A DNA stretch of 64,000 bases. It comes from the human T2T-CHM13v2.0 reference genome, Homo sapiens. Below are positions 1-14,850 of the stretch, one piece after another. The notes beneath the pieces are model-generated. The model saw only the letters and a list, made by a program, of their open reading frames with translations. It had not been told where the DNA came from and ran no database searches. Each line of letters starts with the position of its first letter. Positions within the stretch are counted from its first letter, which is position 1. The position numbers and the translations under genes were made by a program. Location: NCBI RefSeq assembly GCF_009914755.1, contig NC_060927.1. The stretch is one strand, 5' to 3'.

Positions 1-1051
1 TGAATGAGCCAGCCTCATGGGTAACATATTATTGACTGTGTTTCTGTGCATTCTTGTGATATAACAGCTTCCTTAGGCACCTCCAACCAGGTAGCTGGCT
101 GATGGGAGGGCCACTTTCTGGGGTCAGTCTCAGAATTGCACACTTGAGAGAATGTTAAGAAACAAACTCAGAAATAAAGTACATCTATGTATAGGTGAAA
201 CCTTTGATTGAGCTATGCAGAAAGGTGATAATCTTATTACCCTAGCATGAGAGTGTGCAATAAAAATCTGGGGACAAAATAGTAAAGTCCAAGAACATTT
301 CAATCTCTTCTGAATAAGGTCTAAATAATATACATGCCCTAGTCGAAATGATGTGAATTTCCAGATACACTCATCCTCATAAGTAACAAATCATATAACA
401 AAGACAAAATTTTATTGAATGAAGATTTCATTCATTTGGTTTCCAGTTCATTTCTGCCTCCCTTCTTCTCTATTTATTTAAGAAGTCCTGATTTACAGAA
501 CATTCTACCCAACAACTGCAGAATATACATTCTTTTCATTAGCACATGGAACATTCTCCAAAATAGACCATATGATAGGCCACAAAACAAGTCTCAATAA
601 ATTTAAGAAAAATGAAATCATATCAAGTATCCTCTCAGACCACAGTGAAATGAAACTGGAAATTAACTCCAAAAAGAACCCTCAAAACCATAGAAATATA
701 TGGAAATTAAATAATCTACTCCTGAATGATCTTTAAGTCAACAATGAAATCAAGATGGAAATTTAAAAATTCTTTTAACTGAACAATAATAGTGACACAA
801 CTTATCAAATCCTGTGGGATACAGCAAAAACAGTGCTAAAAGGAAAGTTCATAGCATTAAATGCCTACATCAAAAAGTCTGAAAAACACAAACAGACAAT
901 GTAACATCACACCTCAAGGAACTAGAGAAACAAGAGCAAACCAAAATCAAACCCAGCATAAGAAAAGAAATAACAAAGATCAGAGCAGAGCTAAATAAAA
1001 TTAAAACAACAACAATACCAAATAATAATAGTAATACAAAATATAAATGAA

Positions 1052-1474
<423 letters not shown>

Positions 1475-3647
1475 TATTTATTATAATATCTTCCATTTAG
1501 TTTCTACTTCAGTTTATTTGGATCTTTTTTCTTCTTTTCTTGGTTAATCTCACTAATGGTCTATCAATTTTGTTTATCTCTTAAAAATAGTTTTTTTGTT
1601 TTATTTATTTATTTAGATTTATACAAAAGGTCATTCAAGGCTACTATGAACACCTTTATGCACACAAACTAGAAAATCTAAAGGATAGATAAATTCCTGG
1701 AAATATACAGCCCTCCTAGATTAACTCAGGAAGAAATAGAAACTCTGAACAGACAAATAACAAGTAGTGAGACTGAAACACTAATAAAAAAAATTGCCAA
1801 CAACCAGAAAAGTCCAGGACCAGAGAGATTCACACCTGAAATTTCTATCAGTCATTCAAAGAAGAATTAATACTAATTTCATTGAAACTATTCCAAAAGA
1901 TAGAGAAAGAGGGAATCCTCCGTAAATAACTCTAAGAAGCCAGTATCACCCTAATACTAAAACCAGGAAAGGACATAACAAAGAAAAAAAAAAAGAAAAC
2001 TACAGCTCAGTATCGCTGATGAACATAGACGTAAAAATTAGCAACAAAATACTACTGAATCCAACAGCATATCAAAAAGATAATACACCATGATCAAGTG
2101 GGTTTCATATGAGGGATGCAGGGATGGATTAACATATGCAAGTCAATAAATGTGATACATCACATAAACAGAATTAAAAACAAAAACCGTATGATCATCT
2201 CAGTAGACACAGAAAAAGCATTTGACAAAATCCAGCATTTATGATGGAAACCCTCAGCAAAATTGCCATAGAAAGGACATAGCTCAAGGTAATAATAGTT
2301 ATCTATGACAAACCCACAGCCAACATTATACTGAATGGAGAAAAGTTGAAAGAAATCCCCCTGAGAACTGGAATAAGATAAGGATGCCCACTTTCACCAC
2401 TTCTATTCAACATAGTACTGGAAGTCCTAGGCAGCACAATCAGACAAGAGAAAGAAATAAAGGGCACCCAAATTGGTAAAGAGGAAGTCAAACTGGAGCT
2501 GTTCACTGATGATATAATCATATACCTAGAAAACCCTACAGACTCATCCAAAAGCCTCCTAGATCTGATAAATGAATTCAGTAAAGTCTCAGGATACAAA
2601 AATCAATGTATACAAATCGGTACCACTGCTATACATCAACAACGACCAAGCTGAGAATTAAATCAAAATGCAAAATCAATCTTTTTTAGAAAAGCTGCAA
2701 AAAAATAAATAAATTGCTTAGAAATGTACCTAATCAAGAAGGTGAAAGATCTGTACAAGAAAAACTACAAAACATTGCCAAAAGAAATCATTTATAACAC
2801 AAACAAATGGAAATATATCCCATGTTCATTGTTGGGTAGAATCAATATTGTGAAAATGACCATACTGCCAAAAGCAATCCACAGATTAAGTGCAATTCCT
2901 ATCAAAATACCATCATAATTACTCACAAAACTAGGAAAAACAATCCTAAAATTCATATGGAACCAAAAAACAGCTCACATAACCAAAGCAAGACTTAGCA
3001 AAAAAAAAAAAAAAAAAAATCTGGAAGCATTACATTGTCCAAATTCAAACTATACTACAAGGCTATAGTTACCAAAACAGCATGGTACTAGTATTAAAAC
3101 AGGCATATAGACCAAGGGAACAAAATGGAAAACCCAAGATAATATTTACAGTCAAATAAAGCCAGATACTTACAGCCAACTGACATTTGACAAAGCAAAC
3201 AAAAATATAATGTAGGAAAGGACATCCTGTTCAACAAATGGTGCTGGTATAATTGGCAAGCCACATGATGAATAAGAAACTGGATACTAATTTCTTACCT
3301 TATACAAAAATCAACTCAAGATGATCAAAGACTTAAATCTAAGACCTGAATCCATAAAATCTCCAGAAGATAACATCAGAAAAACTCTTCTAGACATTGG
3401 CTTAGGCAAAGAGTTCATAACCAACACTACAAAGGCAAATGCAACAAAAACAAAAATAAATAGATGGGACCCAATTAAACTAAAAAGCTTCTGCCCAGCA
3501 AAAGAAATAATTAGCAGAGTAAACAGCCAACCCACAGTATGGGAGAAAATATTCACAAACTATGCATCTGACAAAGGACTAATATCCAGCATCTATAAGG
3601 AACTCAAACAAATCAGCAAGAAAAAAAATAGTCCCATCAGAAGTGGG

Positions 3648-4090
3648 TGTGATGGTTAATATTTAGCGTCAACCTGATTGGATTGAAGGATGCAAAGTAT
3701 TGATCCTGGTGTGTCTGTGAGGGTGCTGCCAAAGGAAATTAACATTTGAGTCAGTGGACTGGGAAAGGCAGACCCACCCTCAATCTGGGTGGCCACAATC
3801 TAATCAGCTGCCAGTGTGGCCAGAATAAAAGCAGGCAGAGGAACGTGGAAAGACTAGACTGGTTTAGTCTTCTGGTCTACATTTTTCTCCTGTGCTGCAT
3901 GCTTCCTGCCCTCAAACATTGGACTCCAGGTTCTTCAGCTTTGGGACTTGGTCTGGCTTCCTTGCTCCCCAGCTTGCAGATGGCCTACTGTGGGACCACA
4001 CCTTCTGATTGTGTGAGTCAATACTCCTTAATAAAGTCATATATATATATATATCCTATTAGTTGTGTCCTTCTAGAGAACCCTAATACA
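3648..4090 (+). mobile_element. MLT2A-type (ERVL) solo LTR inserted in the L1
   Basis: Starts tgtgatggttaat...gattggattgaaggatgcaaagtattg and ends ...gaaccctaataca. 5-bp TSD GTGGG at 3643-3647 and 4091-4095. Confidence 0.92.
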
Positions 4091-5089
4091 GTGGGCAAAG
4101 GACATGAATAGACAATTCTCAAAAGAAGATATACAAATGGCCAGCAAACATGAAAAATGCTCAACATCACTAATTATGAGGGAAATGCCAGTTAAAACCA
4201 TAGTGAGATTACCACCTTAGTCCTGCAAGAATGGCCATAATTTAAAAATCAAAAAATAACAGATGTTGGAATGAATGTGGTGAAAAGGGAACACTTTTAC
4301 ACTGCTGGTGGGAATGTAGATTAGTATAATCACAACAGAAAACAGTATAGACATTCCTTAAAGAACTAAAAGTAGAACTACCATTTGATTCAGCAATCCC
4401 ACTACTGGGTATCTACCCAGAGGAAAAGAAGTCATTATCTGAAAAAGACACTTGCACACGCATGTTTATAGCAGCAGAATTCACAATGGCAAAAATATGG
4501 AACCAGCCTAAATGCCCATCAACCAATGAGTGGATAAAGAAAATGTGGTATACAAACACCATGGAATACAACTCAGCCATAAAAAATGAATGAAATAATG
4601 GCATTTGTGGCAACCTGGATGGAGTTGGAGACCATTATTCTAAGTGAAGTAACTCAGGAATGGAAAACCAAATATCATATGTACTCACTCAAAAGTGGGA
4701 GCTAAGCTATGAGGACACGAAAGCATAAGAATAGTGCAACGGACTTTGGGGATTCAGGGGGAATGGTGGGAGGAGGGTGAGAGATAAAAGACCACATATT
4801 GGGCACAGTGTACACTGCTCAGGTAATGGGTGCACCAAAATCTCAGAAATCACTACTGAAGAACTTATCCATGTAACCAAAAACCATCTGTTCCCCAAAA
4901 ACTATTGAAATAAAAAAACTAGAAGTCCTGGTGTTCTCTTAGGCTCAATAAGCTTGTATAGGGCCTGATCTCTTGCAGAAAACATTTGGGAAGTGGATAA
5001 AGTGATGTCAAAATATGTAAAAGTAAAGAACAACAGGAAAAAAATCAGTTCAAGATGTAAGAAAAATTATTGTAATAGTAAAAATAATT

Positions 5090-5290
5090 ACTGAATGCTT
5101 ATTGTATACTGTCTCCTTGTAAAGTGCTTTATTATTTCATTTAACCTTGTCAAAAACACTAGGCAAAGGCAATGTTAATTCCATGTTACAGATGAGGAAA
5201 TAATTTGCTCAAAGTCATGAGAGATAGTGGTAGAACTGAGGCTTGAACATTTTTCAGTCTGATTCAGAGCTTCTTCTCAGCCACTGCACC
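5090..5290 (-). mobile_element. MIR fragment
   Basis: Degenerate MIR core (catttaacc...ttacagatgaggaaa...ttgctcaaagtca...tctgattcagagc). Confidence 0.7.
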
Positions 5291-5594
5291 TCATCAACCT
5301 CCTCATCAAGAAGAGATGGCCATGGGGTATGTCCTTCGTGTTTGCATCTCAGATGTCCTCATCTAATTGCTGCCCATTTTTTCCACATGTACACCTATTT
5401 TTGAATTTTATTTTTGCTGATACAGTGTAACCAGCTTTGATTATTTAGGTGATTTTCCAAGGCAAATTCTCATTTTGAGCCATTTTCTACATATCCTAGT
5501 CATGAATGTATGTATGCAGTAGAATCAGACCAATGTTAGTTAGCAAAACTGATTAGTGAAACAAATTTAATGGGATGAAACAAAATGTAGTGTG

Positions 5595-5598
<4 letters not shown>

Positions 5599-5634
<36 letters not shown>
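5599..5634. repeat. (CA)18 microsatellite
   Basis: Directly visible. Confidence 0.97.
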
Positions 5635-5636
<2 letters not shown>

Positions 5637-6039
5637 GTCTAAAATACACCAAATATAAATTCCTTGTAGATCAGCAATTTGGGGTTTTCTGCAATATTAT
5701 CTGCAGTCATGCTTTCCCTTCCCCAAACTTTTCCCTCATCAGGATAACTAAGCTTAGTGATGCACTGAGCAAAATGCTGGTGACCAGGAGAGATGCTGCC
5801 ATTAACGTGATCTGAAGAAAACTTGGAGATTAAAAGGGCAAGGTTTTAAGGAATCCTAATGACAAAACAAGATCTTGAAATTTGCAAAATTCCTTTGCTA
5901 CATTCTTCTACCCTGCAGAGTCTGGCTTCTGCCTACTTCTCCAAAGTCTTTTTTATAAGAGGGAGTCCTCTCACTGTGCTGTAACCACATTGTCCAGTTT
6001 TCCATTTCTTTAGTCATTTCCTGCTTTAGGACCCCTTTG

Positions 6040-6290
6040 GTAGTCTTGATCCCTGTGCCTGGAATGCTCTGCCCAGTTCTTTCCCTGGTTGGTTGGTTCT
6101 TACCTTTCATTTCTCAGGTCAAATGTCTCGTTCTGTAAGAGGCCATCCTTGTCCTCCTTAGCTAAAGCAAATGCCCCTGCACTCTTGACTGCTTCTTATA
6201 ACATCCTAGTAATTTTAATTTTTTTCTGTCACATATGATGATCTGAGAGTATCTTGTTTATTTGTTTTTTAACTGTTTATTTTCTGCCTT
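6040..6290 (+). mobile_element. L2 fragment
   Basis: ccctgtgcctggaatgctctgccc...tctcaggtcaaatgtctc...gaggccatccttg resembles the L2 3' region. Confidence 0.6.
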
Positions 6291-7127
6291 CTTCCCCACT
6301 CCCTCATCCCGATTCCCAGTTGGTATGTTATATCCATTTACTTATTTATTTTTTTACTATATTTTCTGGGTCTGCTTATTTGGAATGTCTGCAACTTTCC
6401 CTCATTCATCTCTGGCATATGGGCTTCTACGGACAGCCAGCCTGGGAGCACAGTTTTACTGTGGATAGCCTACATTGGGTCTGCTGTTTGCTGAAGGACA
6501 GGCCCTACCTCCGTATCTCCACGCTTAGCCATTCATGCACTTAGCTCTGTGAGATCATCTGATGAGATGAAACTGACCCATCTACTCCTCTAGATAGACA
6601 GGTACAGGGATACTACCATAGGGAGCAAGAAAAATTAAGTTCTGAATTTGCAGGGACTTTTTCAGCAAGAAGCTACAGAAGTTGAAATGGACATGGCAAA
6701 TGGAAACAGAAAAAGTACAAAAGTCTGATACATTCCTCTTTGACACATCAGCTGCTGCACTGAGATAGAGCATTCATTTGCACTAAAGCCAAGCTCTTTC
6801 AATGTTGGGGCCAAATATAGATTAGAATAAAAGGGCAATGTGTTTTTAACCAAATGTGATTTTAAGATGGCTGGCAAGGAAAAGGCGTTCTCTCTCTAGA
6901 GCCCAGCATTTATTAGATGCCACTTTTCTAGTAGTTTTTAATCAGGAAGATATTGGCTCAGGCTTTTAAAATAGCTCCATTATTATTTATTTCTCAGTGC
7001 ACCTGATCCTGTTCCAGATTGGCTTCTGTGGATTCCTGAGCCCATGGATCCCCTTAGTCTTTGGTAATTTTTGCCAGGCTTTCTGTGCTTGAATTTGACA
7101 CCACCCTTCCACCTATTTGCTTCCTAA

Positions 7128-7423
<296 letters not shown>

Positions 7424-7631
7424 ATGTTTTTGATATTTTATTTGTAACTTGTTGGTAAACCTAAACCTCATGCTAAATCCTTACATCCTAAATAGGATTT
7501 TTCAGGTTTCATATTTCTCTAGTATTATAATTTGTTTTTCCCTCACTCCTGATTTTTTCCTGATAGTTTCTTTACTAAAATATCCCAGCAGACCGTGTTC
7601 ACTTCTCACGAAAATAGTTGTGGTATTAGAC

Positions 7632-7795
7632 TTCATTCATTCCTTTCCAAATATTTATTAAGCACCTACTGTATGCTAGACACTGTACTAAGTGCTAGGG
7701 ATATAACCATACACAAAATCAGCATGGTACTTCTTCTTAGGGAACTTATAACTGGATGTAGGAGACAGGTATTTAAACAAGCCATTGTATTAACT
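7632..7795 (-). mobile_element. L2 3' end
   Basis: ttcattcattc...aaatatttattaagcacctactgtatgctagacactgtactaagtgctaggg. Confidence 0.8.
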
Positions 7796-10699
7796 GCTGA
7801 TGGGTAAAGAAGGGTCTGCTAGCCCAGCAGGTAGTTGTGTGTGTGTGCCCTGTGTGTTATCAGATAAAACTTTTAGTCAGAATTACCCAGGTACTTTTAA
7901 TAGACAGCAGCAAAAGAAAACCTCTCTAGTTGCTATTCTTACAGCACCCACACCCTACCTGCTTAGCTGGGCAGGGAGCTCATGAGTCTTTAGAGTTGCC
8001 TCCAACAAAAATCTCTAACATGAATGCTATTGGTCCTGAGAAGGTCATTGGTATCCCTCATTTAAACATTTGGGCAGATGAAAGGAGTGAAGTCCTATGA
8101 ATAAACTCCCAAAGCCCTCATTAGGCCAGCATCAGGCATTTTTTTAAAAGAGTTTTTATAGAAAATTCAAGCTATTGCCAAGGATAAAAACTTTAACTGA
8201 GCCCTAGAAGAGGCTTACCAGTTCAGAATGTGACTCAGTTCAACTGTAGACGACCATGATTTACCTCTTTGCTCAAAACTTCACCTAGAGACATACTATT
8301 CTTTATGATAACTTTTAGAGCTTGTGTGCTCTCCCATGATTATTATCTCCATATAGCTGTAAAGGGAAACTTACAGTCTGACCAGAGACGAAGACTTGGG
8401 AAAGCACTAGGGTATCTGAGGTTATCAGGCTGGGACCTGAACCTGCATATACAGAGTTCTGCAAGACAGATCTGATCTCGTAGGCCTCCCATCCAGGAAT
8501 GAGCAGCTGTGCATCACTTTGACCAAACAATTATAGAAGAGAGAAGTTCCAGTTGTAGTCCATCTAGTCACTTCTCAGTGACCTTAATCCCCATAGAGGA
8601 GAAAAACTCTGACATGGCAGATTGACACAACTGAGAATCTACCCCTATTAAATCCACTCCTTCTGTACCATGGACTTCAACTGACTTTTAACATCTGGTT
8701 GGTTGCCCACCTCTATTCTTAGTTCAGACTATTCTTTGGTAGAAGATACTCATGTTTTAAAGATGTCCTCCCTGAGAGCTGAGACAAGTTTACTTATCAC
8801 CTAGAAAATAATTCACTAAAGATTTGGATTTAGGTTTATGTCAGTTTATTTTCAAGATAAAAATCCAAAAGGCAACAAAGGAGAGAAAAAATTGGAAGCT
8901 TATATAGTTAAAATTTTATAATTCTTTAACTATTTCCAAATAAGAGATATCAGCATATCAGAAGTCCTCAATATCAACAATCTTAAATGAGGATTTATTG
9001 TATATAACCTAGCATGTTAAGGTGTTCAAGGGTTTCTTGGATTTAGGATCTTCATCTCTTCAGCCCTAATCTCCCCTTACAGGCTTCTTGAAGAAGTCAT
9101 TCCAACATTCTTCAGGTGCCAGAAGGCTTCAAGAACCTGAAATCTAGCTTTTCTTTGACTTTTTGTGAGGACCCATTTAGTAAACCCCAACAATGATTTA
9201 TGGTCAAACTAATACCTCAAAGTTTTATATTTGTCACATTTTTAATGAAAGTACTCTGATTCTATCTCCACTCCTCTTTGTGAATATCTTATGAATTTAA
9301 CTCAAATTAACTGAATAATTTATGTAGTAAAGATATCCATGATAGGCATGAGAATCCTGGCATTTTCATTTGAAGAAATCAAGTACCCATAGAGGTCAAA
9401 ACTTACATCAGACACTCAGGAAGCCCCTCTGATTATAGATGTAGAAGTCCCTTTCATACCACATCCATCTCCAAGGGCTAAAGCCACTACACAAATGGCT
9501 CGTGTTGAAAAACAGAGCCTGTTTGTTTCGGAAACTCTTATAAGCACGTTGTGGCCATATACTAATATTTAATGATGTCTTTCAATACTGTCCTTGCCCC
9601 AAACTTCATCCTGACCAGCCTGAGGCCCCATCACCTATTTTTTTTTTAATCTCTTATTTGAGAAGACCTAAACCCCAGTGCAGCTGTGGCAACCTAATGG
9701 AACCACATGATCCTCAAAGGGACATTAGGACAACAGCTAATTCATCAGTATTCTTGCTATCTATGATAAGTATGTCACCATTGTATGCTTTGAGCTGAGA
9801 CAAAGGAGCTAGGAAATTTGTATCTTCCACATCAGCCTCAAATGCCCGCATGGTATAATTTCAATGAATGTAATGATTCTCTTGCTTCCATCTCAAAGCT
9901 CTGGTACCATTATTGTAGTTTTAGTGTATACAGCAAGACCATTTTGTACCTTTCTTGGAAGATATGATGACCCACTTATCCAGAAGAGCTTTCCAAAACA
10001 TGCTCTTCTCAAACCATAGGATTTCCAAAGGTGAGTTATCACCTTGTTGTAGAGGCTTTTTGTCTACTAGCTGTATACCACCTCTATTTTTTATCCAACA
10101 TTTCTAGGTGTTTGCTGCTCAGGTTTCCCAGGAGTGGAGTAAGAGAGGTGGAAGGTTTTCTGGCCCCAAATGAAAGGGGATATAAAAAATCCCACTCTTG
10201 TCAGGAATGTAGTCATAACTAGTTGTGAGCCTGTTTTATTTTTTAGATGAGCATACTTACATTAAAAAAATCTATTCATATATGCACACACACATACATA
10301 CGCACATAGTTTGGCTCATTTTAGGAAGGACTTGAGGTGTCACATAAAAACATTGGTATAGGGGTTGCAAAGTGCCTATTTTGATGCCCTTTTAATTGTG
10401 ACTAATATAACTTGAATTTCTTAATCAAGATTAATATAACTTGAACTTTTAAGGGAAAATGTCTATCTATAATTATTGAGATGCTAATTTTGACAAATTT
10501 TCCAAATATATGCTTAATTTTCCAGCTAGATTACAAATAACTATAGGGTAAAGATCATTTATTTAAGGCTCTTTGACAGCCTTACAACTGTGTTTTTAAG
10601 TAGAGGTTTTGAATTGTAAACGTTTCAAAGATGCTTGTGAAATTCTATGCCAATATTCTTAGTATTTTTCTTCAGTTTGCTCAGACATTATAAATCCTG

Positions 10700-10850
10700 T
10701 GTGAGAAATGAGGAGAAAATGGAGGTTGATATGAGGTTGATATAACTTGCCCGAAGGTCAGCCAGCAAGCGAGAGGAAAGGATGGAATTAGAACTCACAC
10801 CCCTCAATTTTCCAGGCTGTTGCTTAGCCCACTGAACCCCACTGCCTCTG
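10700..10850 (-). mobile_element. MIR fragment
   Basis: atgaggagaaaatggagg...aacttgcccgaaggtca...gagaggaaaggatggaattagaactca. Confidence 0.6.
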
Positions 10851-11734
10851 ACTCAGTGTATTAATATAGACTGAAACACAGATTGCTTGAACATATGGCA
10901 GAGAGGATGAGAAGATAACATTCTGTGGCAGGATTCATTTCTCCAGGCAAGTAGATGTAAAGGCTGTTTTTCTGCACAGGATTCAGCAAGTGAAGCGTTA
11001 AGCACTTAAAAAAAATTGTCTCCAAATGATACAACTTTCCCCCTTGAATGAGATCTGTTTCTGGGCATTCAATGTCAGGAGAAGCCGGTAGAAGTGGGGC
11101 CAGGAGGACTGTAGGCCACCCATAGGCTATGGTAAAAAATAAATAAGGATCTTGCAGAGCCCCAGAATTGTGCCTAGAGGGAGGAGTGCCTAATAAATGT
11201 CAGTTCCTTCTCCTTCCTCAGCAAACCATACCCTATAGTTAGGACACAAATTATAGATTTGTCTCCTGATCTAGATGTTTCTATCCTCTTTAGCAATAAT
11301 CTGCAATATTCTATGTTCTTAATAAGACCTAGATATTTCTTTTCTCACTGTTACTAGATGCCACTAAGGGCTTCCTTCAGTACATTGGGCAAGTTACTGT
11401 GGATTTTAGCCTGAGATTTTTTCTTGTGAGACACAGCAGTATCAGGTTTGTAAGGAGACAGAGCTCAATGCATTCAAGGCATAGAGTCTAAAGGTCCAAA
11501 ATTTTAGGCATGATTTAGGGTGGTGGTTTTCAAATTGGTGGATCCACCAAGAAGAGGAAAGTGAAGAGGCTGCATAGGGAAGGTTCAGTACCCCTCTTCT
11601 TTTCTTATATGTTGTAAATCTGTGCTGTATAAGAGTTTAATATAAAACTTTGGTTGGAAAAATTGAGGATTTTATAACTGAAAGACACTTTTAAAAGCCT
11701 GATTTAGGAAATGGTTGCTTTTATACAATAAAAT

Positions 11735-11960
11735 GTAGTAGTTCGGAGCATGTGTGTTGGTTATAAGAATAATCTTACTTTGCATCTAACTAGCCTTGTG
11801 ACCTCAGATAACCTGCTTAGCCTCCCTGTGCTTCAGTTTCCCTATCTACAGTAACTGTGCCTATCTCACAGGTTTGTAATGAGGCCTAAATGAAGTAATA
11901 TATGGATGTGCTTGACATTGAGACTGGCACACACTAAACACTCACTAAAAGGTAGCTGCT
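11735..11960 (+). mobile_element. MIR
   Basis: tgtgacctcagataacctgcttagcctccctgtgcttcagtttccctatct...ctatctcacaggtttgtaatgagg. Confidence 0.8.
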
Positions 11961-12248
11961 GTTATAATTTTATCATCACTATTACTATTATTTTTGCTAT
12001 TATTGTTAGATCTATTCCAAAGTTTGGATTTATTGCCTTTTTCTAGTTTGCAATTTAGGTAGAATGGCATGGGATTTCGATGATCTGAATGTGAATGGCA
12101 GGCCCCCCAACTCATGTAAAGGGAATATAAAATGTTCTGGTGGCAAAGGGAATATAGAGAGAGTCCATGGGGAGATGGTGTCTTGGGGTCTACGCCATGC
12201 TGACTGGTGAACATCCCTTATACCAAACTGAAGATTTGTGTCCCTTAC

Positions 12249-12590
12249 TCTTATGAGCTGAATTGTGTCCCCTGCACCCCAAGTTCATATGCTAAAGTCC
12301 CAACCCTTAGTACCTCAGAATGTGGCTGCATTTGGAAGTGAGGTGTGTAAAGAGGTTAAGTTAAAATGAAGCCATTAGGGTGAGCCCTAATCCAATATAA
12401 CTAGTTTCCTTATAGAAAGAGGAGGTTTGGACACAATGCCTACAGAAGACGAATAATATGAAAACACAGAACAACCTACAAGCCAAGGGAAGAGGTGTGA
12501 AGCAGAGTTAGCTTCCAGAAATGTGAGGAAATACATTGTTGTTTAAGCCACCCAGTCTGCGCTATTTTGTTATGTCAGCCTTGGAGATTT
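12249..12590 (+). mobile_element. MaLR LTR, MLT1B-like
   Basis: gctgaattgtgtcccc...agttcatatgctaaagtcccaacccttagtacctcagaatgtg...gtttaagccacccagtctg. Confidence 0.8.
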
Positions 12591-14614
12591 CAAATTTTAG
12601 TTTAATTCAGAGAACAGGCTTTTCTCTACCAATCCAAATGCAGAGAAAACACACCAGGGCCTGGTACTCCTTTGAAACTCCATTTCTGCTCTTCTTTTTT
12701 CCTAAGTAAAATTCTACTGATGCATGTTGTCATCTTTTAGGCATCCCCCAAGTCAGCATGTTAATTTTTTCCGCCAGTGTTTCATCTGATGCTCCCCACC
12801 ACTGCTATCCTTTCTGAGCAATTGTAATGGCCTCTCTAGCACATGGTTGGCATGGCTTTCCACTTGCACTGTGGAACCTGGCATATTCACCACCTACAAG
12901 AAGGACTTAAAGAGTTATCAATTCAGGTTTATATCAGATAATAAAATGCCTGCCAAAATAATGCCCCTGGAATACTCTGAAATCAACTGTTAATAAAAGG
13001 CAAACAAAAAAAAATCGTTAATTTTTTTCCCCACGGAGAACTTTCTTTAAAAATCCAGCACAGTCAAAATGAAACAGCTATCAAAGAAAGCTCCCCCATT
13101 AGCTGTCAGTTCACAGCAACTTCAGTCAGCTGGTGTGCCTGCGCCTGCAGTAATATCTCCCCAGCATCCTCCCACACGCCCAACTTGACTGCTCTGTGCA
13201 AGCCACATTAAACCTGTCTGCCATCAATCCCCGGGTCTGCTTTTCAGCAGCAGCTTAACGAGGTAAGGGAGCTGGCATCACCAAGAGGCAAATGCTATTT
13301 CAGAGGGACTGGGAGAAGCTGAGAGAGGAGTGGAAGTGGAGAAAAGCTAGATATAGGACATTAAGCAACATTAAGCAAGCAGGGTTTTTCTCATAAGATC
13401 TTCTCATATTGTCATTTCTATGCAGATGTGTTTTCCAGCCTCCTAAAGTCAGAAGAGACAGTGGGAGATGAGTTAGGAAGCACCAAATCATAGCAAGCTG
13501 GCCACATTCACACAATTTTATCTTATGGAGAAACTGGAGGACACTGCCAATTCTCCTCTTCTCCCAGGATGAGCTACAACTTTAGGTCTGGGGCTTCCTT
13601 TAGAATTCGTAGCAAGAAGCACGAAGAAAAGCATAAGTTTTTGTGTTTGTTTTTTTCCCCTCTTAGACAAATCTGGCTTGAAGCATATTCACAGTGTATG
13701 TCACCACTAGGGAAGCTGATCTAGCCTTCTTCCCAGTGCTGCCAATGAAGGGCATAAGCCTCTGGCACTAAGAACAAAATGAAAAATGACTCAGTAACTA
13801 AACTGAAAAACAGTTCCCCAATCAATTCCCTGAGGCGGCAATGAGAACACCACGTGGGGCAGTTCAGCCTCCTTCCTCCACTCTCTTCTGAGAGGCCAGT
13901 TTCACAGATTGCTTAAAGACCACAGTAATTCTGGATCTGGTGGGGCTTCTGGGAATAGAAGCTAAACTTCTATTTGAAATGCCTCCCTCCTGCTGCTCTT
14001 AAATAACACTGACAACAATAATCAGCATTTATACCAAGAGGGTCCTTCAGAACCTTTATTAAATCCTTTCAAATATACTCTCTTACTTCTATCCGGCAGA
14101 GAAAATATGCTTTGTGACAGGTGCCTAAAAGATAGCTGCATGGCTTTTGGGTCCTGGAACTACCTGTTGTCTAAAATAACACCCTTACTTGTGTCCAGAC
14201 TCTGACAAATGACCAGCAAAGGCACTGGCCTGCACATTTTCTTGACCCAGCAAAGTGGTCTGCTATTTTTTCTTCAAAATCACATAAACAGTAAAGAGAC
14301 CTTAATGATCGACTTGCCCAACTGCACAGCTGACGTTTGAATTAGAACTGCAATCAAATGGCCATTCAGTCTCGGCTAGAAATCCTGGGATGAAGAATTA
14401 TAGAAGTTACTATCTCCTGCATGCTGGCTGTCACTGACCACCATTTTTTTCTTTCATGTGCTTAGGCTCTGTTTTTACTAATTCCATTGAACTGACTGCT
14501 TTCTCTAGAGGCAATGAGTATGATAGTACTTTATACAAAACAGGGCCAGTGTTGGAAGAGGAACATTTTCTTCATGTCTTTTATTATACAATTTGAGATA
14601 ATTCTCTAATGACA

Positions 14615-14850
14615 CACCGTGGCATAGTGAAGAGTGCTCTGACCTTGGAGAACGAAGATCCAGGTGTGAGTCCCAGCTTGATCAATTACTACCTTGTAAA
14701 TAGGGAGGCCTATCAATCTCACTATCTATTTGCAAAACGGGAATAAAACTGTGTATGCTCAAGAGGGTTGTGAGAGAGTTAAACAGGATAATATATGTGA
14801 AAGGAATCTCTAAGTGGTAAATTGCTACATATACATAAGCTGTTTATTCA
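14615..14850 (+). mobile_element. MIR
   Basis: gtggcatagtgaagagtgctctgaccttggag...ggttgtgagagagttaaacaggataatatatgtgaaag. Confidence 0.75.

Noticed and set aside
2724-3659. L1 ORF2-like ORFs as functional CDS
   Set aside because: They are fragments of a 5'-truncated, frameshifted L1 interrupted by an Alu and an LTR.
9070-9140. Possible acceptor (ccccttacag) with a TTCTTGAAG/CTTCAAGAA inverted repeat
   Set aside because: Short stem, no convincing downstream donor or coding signal; compatible with chance.
10403-10745. Short direct duplications (taatataacttgaa; gaggttgatat x2; also ccataagcataat at 18905/18923 and cactgacaac near 46282/46304)
   Set aside because: Two-copy slippage-type duplications, not arrays, with no CRISPR-like repeat-spacer structure.
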